This document shows, in pieces, positions 52,932 through 62,711 of a stretch of DNA of 64,000 bases (position 1 is the first letter of the stretch; each line of letters opens with the position of its first letter). The DNA lies in contig CAWGBW010000004.1 of NCBI GenBank assembly GCA_963820895.1, positions 10,023 through 74,022 on the forward strand, given 5' to 3'. Origin of the DNA: an uncultured Acidobacteriota bacterium. GTDB taxonomy: Bacteria > Acidobacteriota > Terriglobia > Terriglobales > Acidobacteriaceae. The position numbers and the translations under genes are program-made. A model generated the notes under the pieces. That model saw only the letters and a list, made by a program, of their open reading frames with translations, was not told where the DNA came from and did no database searches.

Positions 52932-53333
52932 TCAACGTCTCTTCTTGCGCATGGCGTGAAGAACAACTACTCCGCTGATCCCAAAACATAAGACCGCTCC
53001 GAGCGCAGCGATCAGCATCAGGTTCGAACTCAGGTGAAGCACGTCGGCGAAGAGCGCACCGATCGCGAAGACGAGTCCGACGAAGTTGAGCGAAAGCGGT
53101 GCCTGGATAGTCGAGCCGAAATTCTTCTTGATCCGGAGCTGCAGCAGCAGCGCGACTAAACCGATCGCAGCCACGACGACGATCGCCAGCGGACTGGAAA
53201 ATGCCGACCGGCTTGTGTAGACGACTACAAGCGTCAGGGCAATGAGAAGCAGCCCGGCGAAGACGATGCTCCAGCGGCGGGATTGAGCGGACGGAGCGGA
53301 GTTAGGGGCGACGTCGGGCACGGTTTGTCCCAA
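52932..53333 (-). CDS. Hypothetical 4-TM membrane protein
   Basis: 133-aa hydrophobic ORF. Confidence 0.5.
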   Translation of the reverse strand: MGQTVPDVAPNSAPSAQSRRWSIVFAGLLLIALTLVVVYTSRSAFSSPLAIVVVAAIGLVALLLQLRIKKNFGSTIQAPLSLNFVGLVFAIGALFADVLHLSSNLMLIAALGAVLCFGISGVVVLHAMRKKRR

Positions 53334-53419
53334 GCTTTATACCGCGCCCGATAGCGTTTTTCAATTGCTGGATTCGAGTCCGCAAGGGATCACTCGAAGC
53401 GCCATCCCACCTATCGAAG

Positions 53420-54976
53420 TTAGCGGCTCCGCACCTTCAAGGCAGCCAACTTTTCTGCGGTTGAGAGCGCATCTGCGGCCTTCACCTTAACGTCCGGCTC
53501 GACGCCGGTTCCTTGCCAATCAGGAGTTGCGAAAGGATTGATTGCCTTCGCTTCAGGAACCGCAATTCCGAAATGATCGTCGATGCGGTGAAAGACCGCA
53601 GAGTGGGCGGCACCCCCGGTGGTCTCACCGATCAAAGTGGCTCGATGCAACATCTTTAAGTCATAACTAAACTGCTCGGCGCCTGACAACGTTTTGCTGG
53701 AAAGGAGCAGGTAGACGGGCTTGTCCGCCAGCCTACTACCCGGGACTGGTGACCGAGTCCAGGATTTGGCCGTCGTGTTCTCACGAGGGTTGTACCAGTA
53801 TTCGGGATGATCGAAAAGATAGGAGGCGATGAATGAAACCGTCTCAGGCATTCCGCCGCGGTTGTCGCGGAGGTCAAAGATGATCGCGTCCGCGTTGTTA
53901 ATGGAAGCCATGGCCGCCGCGGCTTTCCGTTCGCAGATCGACAAGTCTGGAAATGCGTTCATCTGGAGATAGCCGATATTGTTGGACAAAAAGCCGGAGC
54001 TCTCAAAACCGCAGTTCTCGCCTTCCAATTGGCGTCGGTATTGTGCTGCATCCCGTCCTGCTGGCAGTTCCCGCGGTTGCGGGAGAATGGTTTCGCTGTA
54101 CACGATCTCAAGATGCGGGTCGTGACTGACTTCCCGCGCCTGCCGCGTCAGAATTTCTGCGAGGGCTGCTTCATCCAAGTTGTCATACTCATGCCGCTGC
54201 GCGCCGGCTTTCAGCGCTGCTGCTACATTGCTCGCTGCTCGACGATCGATGTAATTCTCCTGCAGGTTTGTGATCACCGCGGCCAGCACTCGCTGACGCT
54301 CCTGAGGTGAAGGGACCGGCGGGACGGCGTACTGTCCCTTTGCCAAGGTCGCCGAATCGTGCACACGATCGGCGGCTGAGTTCGCCCATTCTGCGTTCGA
54401 CTTCATAGACTGTAGCGACTTGTCGGTCACAGAGGGTTCGGTCTTTCGCGCCGAGGTTGCACTCGTCTCTGCGAACCCTGACGCATGCGGCGTCAACGGA
54501 GCGGGGGCGCTGCTTGAACTCAGAAGATTTGGCGGGCTAGAACCAGGCCTATTTGCGTTCGAGATGGAACTTCCTGCAGGCGGTTCGGTGCTATTGAATT
54601 GGGCAGGAGCAATCTGAACATGCAACACACGAATCCAGCTGTATTTGATGGCGAAGCAGGTGACGCAGAAGATGAATGTTGTTAGCAGGATGCCGTTGAC
54701 GACTGCAGCGCCACTAGGCCGAAAGGCGCTGACTGTGTAAAAAGACGGAACGCCGTCGGGAATCGGGCGCGACAATGTCGAAGTTTGACGTGGAGACCAG
54801 GATTGCGGACGGAAAATCCATTGCCGCAGAAGGGAAAAAGCAGCATCCATGAGCGATTTGAGGCCACTGACGGTGCTCCGATTTTCATCGAAGATCGCGA
54901 GCATCTCGTCAGCGAAACGCTGACGGAAGTGGGGCGGATGAAGGCGTAGTGCGAGTCGATAGACGGATCGGAGCAT
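53420..54976 (-). CDS. Membrane-anchored S41 family peptidase (downstream partner of PadR)
   Basis: N-terminal LRLHPPHFRQRFADEMLAIFDE (typical of proteins downstream of PadR), one TM segment, then FDLRDNRGG...LSGAEQFSYDLK...TGGAAH (S41). Confidence 0.75.
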   Translation of the reverse strand: MLRSVYRLALRLHPPHFRQRFADEMLAIFDENRSTVSGLKSLMDAAFSLLRQWIFRPQSWSPRQTSTLSRPIPDGVPSFYTVSAFRPSGAAVVNGILLTTFIFCVTCFAIKYSWIRVLHVQIAPAQFNSTEPPAGSSISNANRPGSSPPNLLSSSSAPAPLTPHASGFAETSATSARKTEPSVTDKSLQSMKSNAEWANSAADRVHDSATLAKGQYAVPPVPSPQERQRVLAAVITNLQENYIDRRAASNVAAALKAGAQRHEYDNLDEAALAEILTRQAREVSHDPHLEIVYSETILPQPRELPAGRDAAQYRRQLEGENCGFESSGFLSNNIGYLQMNAFPDLSICERKAAAAMASINNADAIIFDLRDNRGGMPETVSFIASYLFDHPEYWYNPRENTTAKSWTRSPVPGSRLADKPVYLLLSSKTLSGAEQFSYDLKMLHRATLIGETTGGAAHSAVFHRIDDHFGIAVPEAKAINPFATPDWQGTGVEPDVKVKAADALSTAEKLAALKVRSR

Positions 54977-55324
54977 TTATGCCCTCCGTGGCTTCGGTTT
55001 TTGCAGGCGGAGCTGGCCTTCCCGGACAACCTCTGCTAGCCGGTTGATCTCAGCCTTGAGAAGAGTTCTACCCCCAGCGGTGAGCCGGTAGTAGCGCCGC
55101 CTGGGATCATCATCGTGGGGCCGATGCCCAAGTTCTTCGACCCAGCCGCGGTCGATCATTTTCTGCAGGTTGTCGTACAGCGTGCCGGGACCGATTTTGT
55201 ACTTTCCCTCGGATTGCCGCGCGACTTCCTGCATGATGGCGTATCCGTGAAGATCTTCTCCAGCCAGCGACAGCAGAATGTGAAGTACGGCAGCGGAAAG
55301 GGGTAGAAAATCTCGGCCGTTCAT
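54977..55324 (-). CDS. PadR family transcriptional regulator
   Basis: LHILLSLAGEDLHGYAIMQEV...GPGTLYDNLQKM. Confidence 0.9.
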   Translation of the reverse strand: MNGRDFLPLSAAVLHILLSLAGEDLHGYAIMQEVARQSEGKYKIGPGTLYDNLQKMIDRGWVEELGHRPHDDDPRRRYYRLTAGGRTLLKAEINRLAEVVREGQLRLQKPKPRRA

Positions 55325-55385
55325 AGTCGGAAGTCGTTATATCGGAATCCGAGTGAGTTGTCAAATTCTCTGAGTGCCCACTCGT

Positions 55386-56114
55386 TTACCCCAGCAACGC
55401 GCTGTGCGATGAACCGATGAGCCATTCGGCGCGGCGGGCATCTCCGTTGTTCAACGCGTACAGGACCAGTTCGACCCGGGTCGATATCCCTAGTTTCTCG
55501 AATACACGAAACAGATATTTCTTAATCGTGTGTTCGCTGAGATTGAGTTCGGCGGCGACCTGACGGTTGCTGAGACCTTCGGCCACCAGGGCCACTACCT
55601 GCTCTTCGCGCGGGGTCAGAAGGCGGCGTCCCTTCGAGTTGAGCACGCGCAGCGAAGGAACCTCGGTGATGAGGTCCATGATGTAGTTGAGCTGCTCGGT
55701 GTTCGCCCAGATCTGTCCCTCAGAGACCCGCAAGATGCACTTGCATAGCAAACGGAGGCTTGCGTCGGTCAGGGAAAAGATTCCTCGGGCGCCTGAACGA
55801 AAAGCGCTGATCACTACTTCGCGCTCGGTCGCGTCAACAAGAAGAACCTTGGCAATTGCCGGGTAAGCGAGATGGAACTGTCTGAGAACCGCCACCGCGG
55901 CGCCGCAATTTACCGAAGATCCGAAGGACAGCAGCGCGACCCGAGGCGATGCGGCCGCGACCGATTGCTCGATGGAGACCGCATCCATCGCACAGGTGTG
56001 CACGTGGAACTCCGGGTGCCGGCGCAGCGCGGTACTCAGCAATTGTGCCTGCATACGATTGGAATCGGCGACAAGAATACCAAGGGCTTCTGAAGTGGCA
56101 GAGGACAGACTCAT
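55386..56114 (-). CDS. LuxR-family regulator with an atypical receiver-like N-terminal domain
   Basis: C-terminal LTPREEQVVALVAEGLSNRQVAAELNLSEHTIKKYL. In the N-terminal REC-like fold, the expected phospho-acceptor Asp position reads LLSFG by eye. Confidence 0.8.
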   Translation of the reverse strand: MSLSSATSEALGILVADSNRMQAQLLSTALRRHPEFHVHTCAMDAVSIEQSVAAASPRVALLSFGSSVNCGAAVAVLRQFHLAYPAIAKVLLVDATEREVVISAFRSGARGIFSLTDASLRLLCKCILRVSEGQIWANTEQLNYIMDLITEVPSLRVLNSKGRRLLTPREEQVVALVAEGLSNRQVAAELNLSEHTIKKYLFRVFEKLGISTRVELVLYALNNGDARRAEWLIGSSHSALLG

Positions 56115-56647
56115 ACGCTTGTTTCGTGTCGATCATGGATCGCGAATTGATAGTCTGATTGTAGGAAGAGCAAATGCGGCGAAACAAGGAAGGCGATCAC
56201 AAAACCAGTTACGACTCTCAAATCGGGAATCAGTATTTCCGGTCTGCCATGAATGATTCTGAAAGCAGCCCGATCTGTTGAAATCCGAAATTGGTGCTGG
56301 TCTTTGACAACGACCAGATCGACGACAGTGCGATTACTTGGGGTGCAAGGACTCGTGAATCATCGGTTTGCTCGTTGAAACTGCGAAATTCGGATCGCTA
56401 GGACGCGAAGCGAGCGTCGGGGACTTCCATTCGTGCCCGAAGAAAATGTGATCTGGCAAACATGCAAGTCCACCTTAGTAGGTACTACGACAGGCTCCCT
56501 GCCTGAACGAAGGTCATAGCCACCACAAACGCAGACGCGTCGATAAATGAAGGGGAAAGATCGGTTTCCTGTATGCGGAACACACTCCACTTTTGTGTGT
56601 GGTACATCTCACGTCTTGTAGGGTCGCGGGCGTGCGCTTAAGTTCAG

Positions 56648-57478
56648 GTGAGAGGGCGCAGTAGGCAGCACTCAAATAAGCAAGCGGCAATGACGGGCCT
56701 CTTCATTAACGTTCGGTTGATCACAACAGCAGCAATCGTCTTATTGCAGTGTTGCGGCGTCGTACTCGCTCAAAGTGAAAAAACTAATACGAGCGGGGAC
56801 ACGGCGACCTCCCAAGCCAGCTTTACCGGAGCAGGATCAGGAGGCAGCAGTTTAACGGCCGCAAAGCCTGGCAGAGCGGATGGCACGGGAAACCCTTTAC
56901 TCGGAGGGAATCGCCGTCCGCTCTACCGGCTGAGACCAAGCGACGTCGTCGAGGTGAGCTTCACCGTTGCGCCCGAGTTCAACCAGTCTCTGACCGTGCA
57001 GCCGGACGGCTACGTGATGTTGAAGGACGCCGGCCTGGTACAGGCGCAAGACTTGAATCTCGAGGAATTTAGCCAGGCCGTTCAAGCCGCGTATCGCGGG
57101 TACCTTCACGATCCGCAGGTTGCAGTACTGCTGAAGGAGTTTGAACATCCGTTTTTTGTGGTGGGCGGACAAGTTGGCAAACCTGGTAAGTACGAGTTGC
57201 GTTCGGACACCACGGTGCTGGAAGCGGTCGAGATCGCTGGAGGTATGACGCCGCAAGCGAAGCATTCCCAGGTCGTACTTTTCCGACGGGTAGACAGCGA
57301 ACTGGTCGAGCCGCGATTGCTCAACCTGAAAAAGATGCTGAAGGAACACAACCTTCAGGAAGACGCGCATTTGCAGCCGGGCGACCTCATTTTCGTTCCG
57401 CAAAATGCGATTTCAAAGATCGCTCACTTCCTCAGCAAGCCTTCACTCAGCATGTACATGAATTCGAGCCAATTTTAG
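56648..57478 (+). CDS. Polysaccharide export protein (Wza-like: Poly_export + SLBB)
   Basis: YRLRPSDVVEVSF...PDGYVMLKDAGLVQA...VVGGQVGKPGKYEL. The start may be the ATG at 56687. Confidence 0.85.
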   Translation: MRGRSRQHSNKQAAMTGLFINVRLITTAAIVLLQCCGVVLAQSEKTNTSGDTATSQASFTGAGSGGSSLTAAKPGRADGTGNPLLGGNRRPLYRLRPSDVVEVSFTVAPEFNQSLTVQPDGYVMLKDAGLVQAQDLNLEEFSQAVQAAYRGYLHDPQVAVLLKEFEHPFFVVGGQVGKPGKYELRSDTTVLEAVEIAGGMTPQAKHSQVVLFRRVDSELVEPRLLNLKKMLKEHNLQEDAHLQPGDLIFVPQNAISKIAHFLSKPSLSMYMNSSQF

Positions 57479-57496
57479 AAAGCGCGTTCCACTGCC

Positions 57497-58996
57497 GTGC
57501 GAGACCAGCTCTCAAATCGCGGACAAATGGAGCCATCGATCCCAACCCTGCGGGAACTGGCCATGGTTGTGTTCAGGCAGAGAAAAGCATTTCTCTTCGT
57601 TTCAGCCGTGGTTTTGCTGGCAGCGATTCTCTTCGCGATCACCGGTACGAAATATCAGGCAAACATGAAGGTGCTGGTCCGCAGGGGACGGGCTGAAGCG
57701 CCGGTCAGCGCCGGTGAAAACGCGCCGCTCGATTTGACCAGGATGGCGGTTACGGAAGAGGAATTGAACTCAGAGGTGGAGCTGCTGCGCGATGATGAAG
57801 TTTTGCGGAAGGTGATCGACGAAACCGGAGTGGGAGGCCGTGACTGGCTTCACGTTCTCCATCTGGGAGAAGGACGCTCGCAGCGCGTGGAGCGGGCAGC
57901 AAGGCACCTGGCGCAGCGGCTCAGCGTCGATCCGGTGAAGAAGACGAATCTCATTGCGGTCCGCTACGTGGCATCCGACCCGGAAGGAGCAGTGAAGATA
58001 CTCCGATCCCTCGCGAATGCCTATCTGGAAAAACACACCTCTGTGCACCGTCCGACCGGAGAATTGCGCTTCTTCGAAAAACAAACCGATGAGTCAAAGC
58101 AGCAGCTGGAAGATTCAGAGAGGACGTTGCTCCAATTTACGAGCAGCCACTCGGTGGTCGCGGCTGGGCAGCAACGGGATCTCGCTCTCGACAAGCTGAG
58201 TGAGCTGGACATAAGTGCGAGGCATACAAGAATCGATTTGTCCGAGACGCGGCAGAGAGTGGGTGAGCTTGAGCAGTTGCTGTCTCGACTACCTGAGCGC
58301 ACTACCACGCAGGTTCGCACTGCGGACAATGCCGAACTGCTGAAAGCGATGAAATCGAGCTTGCTCGAACTACAACTTAAGCGGACTCAGCTTCTCACCA
58401 AGTTCGAACCGAGCCACCGCCTGGTGCAGGAGGTAGATCGACAGATCTCAGAAGCAAGCGCCGCAATCCTTGGGGAGAAAGAATCCCCGGTTCGGGACGA
58501 GACCACAGATAAGAACAGTCACTACGAGTGGGCGAAATCGGAACTGGAACGGGCGGAAGTGCAACTCAAGGGCCTGCAAGCTCGAGACGCCGCGATCAAT
58601 TCGCAAATTGCGCTCTTCCGCTCGATGACCGAGAAGCTGGGCGCCGACGCGATCACGCAAGACGATCTGACGAGCGTCAAGAAGGCCGCCGAAGACAACT
58701 ATCTGCTCTATGTGAAGAAGGAGAGGGAGGCGCGCCTGAATGATGCGCTGGACGAGGGAGGAATCGTCAACGTGGTCCTGGCCGAGCAGCCTATCGCGCC
58801 AGCCCTTCCGTTGCGATCGGCGTGGACCGTCATTGCCGTTGGCACGCTATTAGCTGGATCGGCTGGAATCGCGGCAGCATTCACTGCTGACTACTTCGAT
58901 CCAGGATTTCGCAACGCCGATGACGTGCTGGCGAGCCTCGACGTGCCAGTCCTGGCGTCGTTGCCCCGACGCTCGCTGGAGAGTCTTTCGGCATGA
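57497..58996 (+). CDS. Polysaccharide chain-length determinant (Wzz/GumC-like)
   Basis: N-terminal and C-terminal TM segments flanking a long coiled-coil periplasmic region. Confidence 0.8.
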   Translation: MRDQLSNRGQMEPSIPTLRELAMVVFRQRKAFLFVSAVVLLAAILFAITGTKYQANMKVLVRRGRAEAPVSAGENAPLDLTRMAVTEEELNSEVELLRDDEVLRKVIDETGVGGRDWLHVLHLGEGRSQRVERAARHLAQRLSVDPVKKTNLIAVRYVASDPEGAVKILRSLANAYLEKHTSVHRPTGELRFFEKQTDESKQQLEDSERTLLQFTSSHSVVAAGQQRDLALDKLSELDISARHTRIDLSETRQRVGELEQLLSRLPERTTTQVRTADNAELLKAMKSSLLELQLKRTQLLTKFEPSHRLVQEVDRQISEASAAILGEKESPVRDETTDKNSHYEWAKSELERAEVQLKGLQARDAAINSQIALFRSMTEKLGADAITQDDLTSVKKAAEDNYLLYVKKEREARLNDALDEGGIVNVVLAEQPIAPALPLRSAWTVIAVGTLLAGSAGIAAAFTADYFDPGFRNADDVLASLDVPVLASLPRRSLESLSA

Positions 58997-59709
58997 GAGA
59001 AAACGTAATCCACGACGCACCGTCATCCGCTGACGTAGTTACCGGAAGCGAGTGGTCGCCCAGCTCGCGCAAAGTTGCAACGATCAGGCCAGAAAAGAGC
59101 AGATGGGATCCCGAAAGGTTCGCACAGGAACAGATTCGCAGCCTGGTGCGGCAGATATTCACGGTGAGGATGACCCCACCGGTTCGGCAGATCGTATTCA
59201 GCGCGGTCGAGCCTCATGTCGATGTCGGATTACTGAGCCTAAGGGTCGCGGAATGCCTGGCAAAAGAGACGTCCGCAAACATCGCGGTGCTGATGCATGC
59301 ATCGCGAAGTTTCTCGAGTCGTGAGGTGGACTCAAAAGAACCAGATCATGCAAAGGGACCAGAGAGCCTTCGGCAAAACGCAAGACGATGCGGCAGCAAC
59401 CTGTGGTTGCTGAACGGCGCCGACGAAGGCCACAGATGCGACACGTCGATGCAGGCGTATCTTGCCCGGATTCGTACTGAATTTTGGTATTCGATTTTGG
59501 AAGGGCCGCCGGTAGGCGCCTCCGATGAGGCCACGGCGATGGCGCAGTTTGCAGACGGAATGATCCTCGTTCTCTCGGCGCAGCGCACGCGCCGAGCTAC
59601 CGCCATCAAGGTCAAGCAAACGTTGGAGAGGGCGAATGTGCGGCTTCTTGGAAGTGTTCTGAGCGACCGGGAGTTCCCAATTCCGGAAGGGATTTATCGA
59701 CGGCTATAG
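58993..59709 (+). CDS. BY-kinase-like P-loop domain protein with a degenerate Walker A
   Basis: Position and layout match CpsD/EpsG-type kinases (..ILEGPPV.., ..GMILVLSA..), but the Walker A position reads SAVEPHVDVGLLS rather than GxGKS/T. Confidence 0.55.
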   Translation: MRENVIHDAPSSADVVTGSEWSPSSRKVATIRPEKSRWDPERFAQEQIRSLVRQIFTVRMTPPVRQIVFSAVEPHVDVGLLSLRVAECLAKETSANIAVLMHASRSFSSREVDSKEPDHAKGPESLRQNARRCGSNLWLLNGADEGHRCDTSMQAYLARIRTEFWYSILEGPPVGASDEATAMAQFADGMILVLSAQRTRRATAIKVKQTLERANVRLLGSVLSDREFPIPEGIYRRL

Positions 59710-59718
59710 ACGCAAAGC

Positions 59719-61392
59719 TTGATGTCGCAAGACAGACGCCCGGTTCGAATGCGGGAAATCCAGTTGCAGTTCGGTAAGGGAGCTAAGGTGGGAACGGTTC
59801 TTTCGAATCCTCGATCGCAGAGTCCTACAGAAGTTGACTGGTCGCGTTTGATTCCCGGGGGAGCGGTGCCGCTCCGCAAATCGGTGAGAACACCGTCGGT
59901 GTCGGTCAGACCCTTTGCTGTCAGGAGTCAGCCGATATCTCCGGCGATGGGCGCGGAACCACATGAACACCGGTTGCGGTTTGTCGTACCACGTCCGCTC
60001 TTTGGCCGCGCGGGATTGAAGTGGTTGCGATCCATGACGGCAGATTGGGCGGCCGTCGCACTGAGCTGGCTTGCCGTGGTCAGCGTTCTGACCGGGATTC
60101 AAATCCTGTACCCGAAAGCGCACCGGTTTGCCGATACGGATCCGGCGGCGTGCGTGGGATTCGCGATCTTGCAGGCTGCACTGATCACTCTGCTGGGATA
60201 CAGCGAGGGGTTATACACGGAGCAGGTCGCGGCGAATCGCCAGGCGCGAATCCTCGCAAAGTCCGTCGCCTGGACAACGGCCGTCCTGTGCTTCGCTTAT
60301 GGATTGCAGGGAGCAGCGTGGTTCATCGCAAGTTTGTTCTTCATTACTGCCTTGCTGGACTTTGGCGGATTGTACGGCTGGAGATCGTGGAGTAGCCGCC
60401 GAGACAGCAACTCGGAAGAGAATCGTACTTCGCGAAATGTTTTGATTGTTGGAGCTGCGAGAACAGGATGCCGGATCGCGTCGTATGTGAAGCATCATCC
60501 GGAGACAAGGCGCATCGTTTGCGGATTTTTGGACGACGCAGGCCCAGTGGGCGATGACATCGTCGGACGAACTTCTGATCTCGCGCGACTGGCCCGCAAG
60601 AAGTTTATCGACGAAATAATTTTGACTGCGCCGCAAGATTCGGATACGACGCGCCGTGTGCTTGAGGATGCCCGGCGGCTTTGCCTCGACGTCCAGATTG
60701 TTCCAGAACTCTTCGGCTGTGAACCGGTCGATACCGAAATCGAACGCGTTGGGGGCATCCCGGTGATTTGTATTCACGCCGAGAGCCTGCCGGCGGCCGG
60801 ACTGGTTCTGAAACGCGGAATGGATGTGCTGGGCGCCGCAGCGGTTCTGGCGTTACTAGCGCCGGCGCTTGCTGCCATCGCTGCGCTCATCAAATTGGAG
60901 TCGCCGGGGCCAATTCTCTACAGCGCTAAGCGGGCCGGAAGAAAAGGGAAGTCTTTCCGCTGTTACAAGTTTCGAACCATGGTCGCGAACGCCGACGAAT
61001 TGAAAGAGCATTTGCGGCGGACCAATGAAAGGTCAGGTCCGTTTTTCAAAGTCAGGAACGATCCGAGAGTCACCCGGATCGGCAAGATTCTTCGACGCTA
61101 TAGTCTCGATGAACTCCCGCAGCTTTGGAACGTGGTCAAGGGCGATATGAGCCTGGTCGGGCCGAGACCGCACCCGCTCGACGATGTCGCGGGATATGAA
61201 GTCGAACACCTGGGTCGTTTGGACGTTACGCCTGGAATCACGGGGCTGTGGCAGGTGACAGCGAGGCGCGATCCATCCTTTCGACGCGGGCTCGAGTTGG
61301 ATCGCGAGTACATCCGCACTTGGAGCCTGAGCCTTGACTTCATGATTTTGTTGCGAACGTTTCGAGCCGTCCTGTGCGGGAGTGGGGATTGA
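59719..61392 (+). CDS. Exopolysaccharide polyprenyl glycosylphosphotransferase (WbaP/EpsB-like sugar transferase)
   Basis: C-terminal SPGPILYSAKRAGRKGKSFRCYKFRTM...DELPQLWNVVKGDMSLVGPRP. The start is uncertain. Confidence 0.85.
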   Translation: MMSQDRRPVRMREIQLQFGKGAKVGTVLSNPRSQSPTEVDWSRLIPGGAVPLRKSVRTPSVSVRPFAVRSQPISPAMGAEPHEHRLRFVVPRPLFGRAGLKWLRSMTADWAAVALSWLAVVSVLTGIQILYPKAHRFADTDPAACVGFAILQAALITLLGYSEGLYTEQVAANRQARILAKSVAWTTAVLCFAYGLQGAAWFIASLFFITALLDFGGLYGWRSWSSRRDSNSEENRTSRNVLIVGAARTGCRIASYVKHHPETRRIVCGFLDDAGPVGDDIVGRTSDLARLARKKFIDEIILTAPQDSDTTRRVLEDARRLCLDVQIVPELFGCEPVDTEIERVGGIPVICIHAESLPAAGLVLKRGMDVLGAAAVLALLAPALAAIAALIKLESPGPILYSAKRAGRKGKSFRCYKFRTMVANADELKEHLRRTNERSGPFFKVRNDPRVTRIGKILRRYSLDELPQLWNVVKGDMSLVGPRPHPLDDVAGYEVEHLGRLDVTPGITGLWQVTARRDPSFRRGLELDREYIRTWSLSLDFMILLRTFRAVLCGSGD

Positions 61393-62711
61393 TGGAGGTC
61401 TCCTCAGATACACTTTCGCCCGGAGTTTTCGCAGACTGGTTCGCTGCTGGCGCGATGAAGGCATTCCTCCGTCCTCTGCAGTTCCTGGCAGCGAGCCCGA
61501 CTCTTCTGTTCATCGGTGCGTTGATGGCGATGTTGTTGCGCCATCCCGATGTGCATTTCTTTGAAATCGACCGAATTGCGTTTGGGCTACTCGTCATTGG
61601 AGTGCTCACGCGAGCGGTGATCCAACGGCAGCGTATATTTGTCGCCGACAGAGCGACTTGGCCGATGGTCGGCCTGATTGCGGTCGCTGTCGCGAGCGTG
61701 ATGGGACAGGGGTTCGATCACGAGACCTGGAGCCTGTTGGCTTCGAAGTTCATTGTCCCGTTCACCCTGTTTCACCTGGCGGGATTGACATTCACTGACG
61801 AGCGACATTTTCGTCAATTTGAAAAATTTGCGCTTGTCGTGCTGGCGTACCTGAGTTTCACCGCAATTGCGTTTCTCGCCGGAGCGCATAGCCTGATCTT
61901 TCCACGATTCATTCTCGATGCCAGCGTCGGATTCCACTCCGACCGCGCCCGTGGACCTCTCCTGCAGGCGGTTGCGAATGGCGTGTCCCTGAATGTTCTA
62001 GGGCTGTTGGCGCTGCACGCGTACCGGCGAGGGAGCCTGCGCGGAGCGAAGGTTGTGCTGGTTCTGGCATCAGTGCCAATCGCTATCCTCGCGACGATGA
62101 CCCGGACGGTGTGGCTCTCGTTCGCCGGGTCGGTGCTGGCCGTAATTCTCCTATCAAAAAGCCGGGCCTTGCGGCGCGCGTGCGTGGGAGCGCTAATCGT
62201 CGCAGGGGTCGGGCTCGCTGTTGTGCTCAGCTACGATCACGTTGCTGCGGCGATCGGGGAAAGACTCGAAGAACGGGGTCCCATCGAATATCGCGAGGCT
62301 GTTTACACGGGCGGGTGGGAGATGTTTCTGCAGCATCCGCTTCTGGGCTGGGGCTTTCACCAGATGCCGTCGGAGTTGCCGCGACACGTCACGGGATATC
62401 ACCAGACGGTCCTCTATCCGCATAACACTTATCTGGAACTGGCGGTTGAGGGCGGGCTGGTTGGCCTTGCGCTCTACCTGTGGTTGATGTGGGAAATGTT
62501 GCGTCTTGCTCGCGTCCGGACGCCTGACGAAGAGGCAGGCGGATTCCTCGACAGCCATTTTCATCGTCTATGGCCGATTCTGCTCGGGGTGTATTGGATC
62601 AATGCAGCGACTGTAGTGATGAGCTACCAGTTTGTGAACGGATTGTTTTTCACCATGGCTGGAATGTTGGCGGCGCAGCGTCGGCGGTCGGAGCGTGCGC
62701 ACGCATGCTGA
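61374..62711 (+). CDS. O-antigen ligase/polymerase-like (Wzy_C) membrane protein
   Basis: About 10 TM segments plus the loop HNTYLELAVEGGLVG. The likely start is the ATG at 61392 (TGATG overlap). Confidence 0.75.
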   Translation: MREWGLMEVSSDTLSPGVFADWFAAGAMKAFLRPLQFLAASPTLLFIGALMAMLLRHPDVHFFEIDRIAFGLLVIGVLTRAVIQRQRIFVADRATWPMVGLIAVAVASVMGQGFDHETWSLLASKFIVPFTLFHLAGLTFTDERHFRQFEKFALVVLAYLSFTAIAFLAGAHSLIFPRFILDASVGFHSDRARGPLLQAVANGVSLNVLGLLALHAYRRGSLRGAKVVLVLASVPIAILATMTRTVWLSFAGSVLAVILLSKSRALRRACVGALIVAGVGLAVVLSYDHVAAAIGERLEERGPIEYREAVYTGGWEMFLQHPLLGWGFHQMPSELPRHVTGYHQTVLYPHNTYLELAVEGGLVGLALYLWLMWEMLRLARVRTPDEEAGGFLDSHFHRLWPILLGVYWINAATVVMSYQFVNGLFFTMAGMLAAQRRRSERAHAC

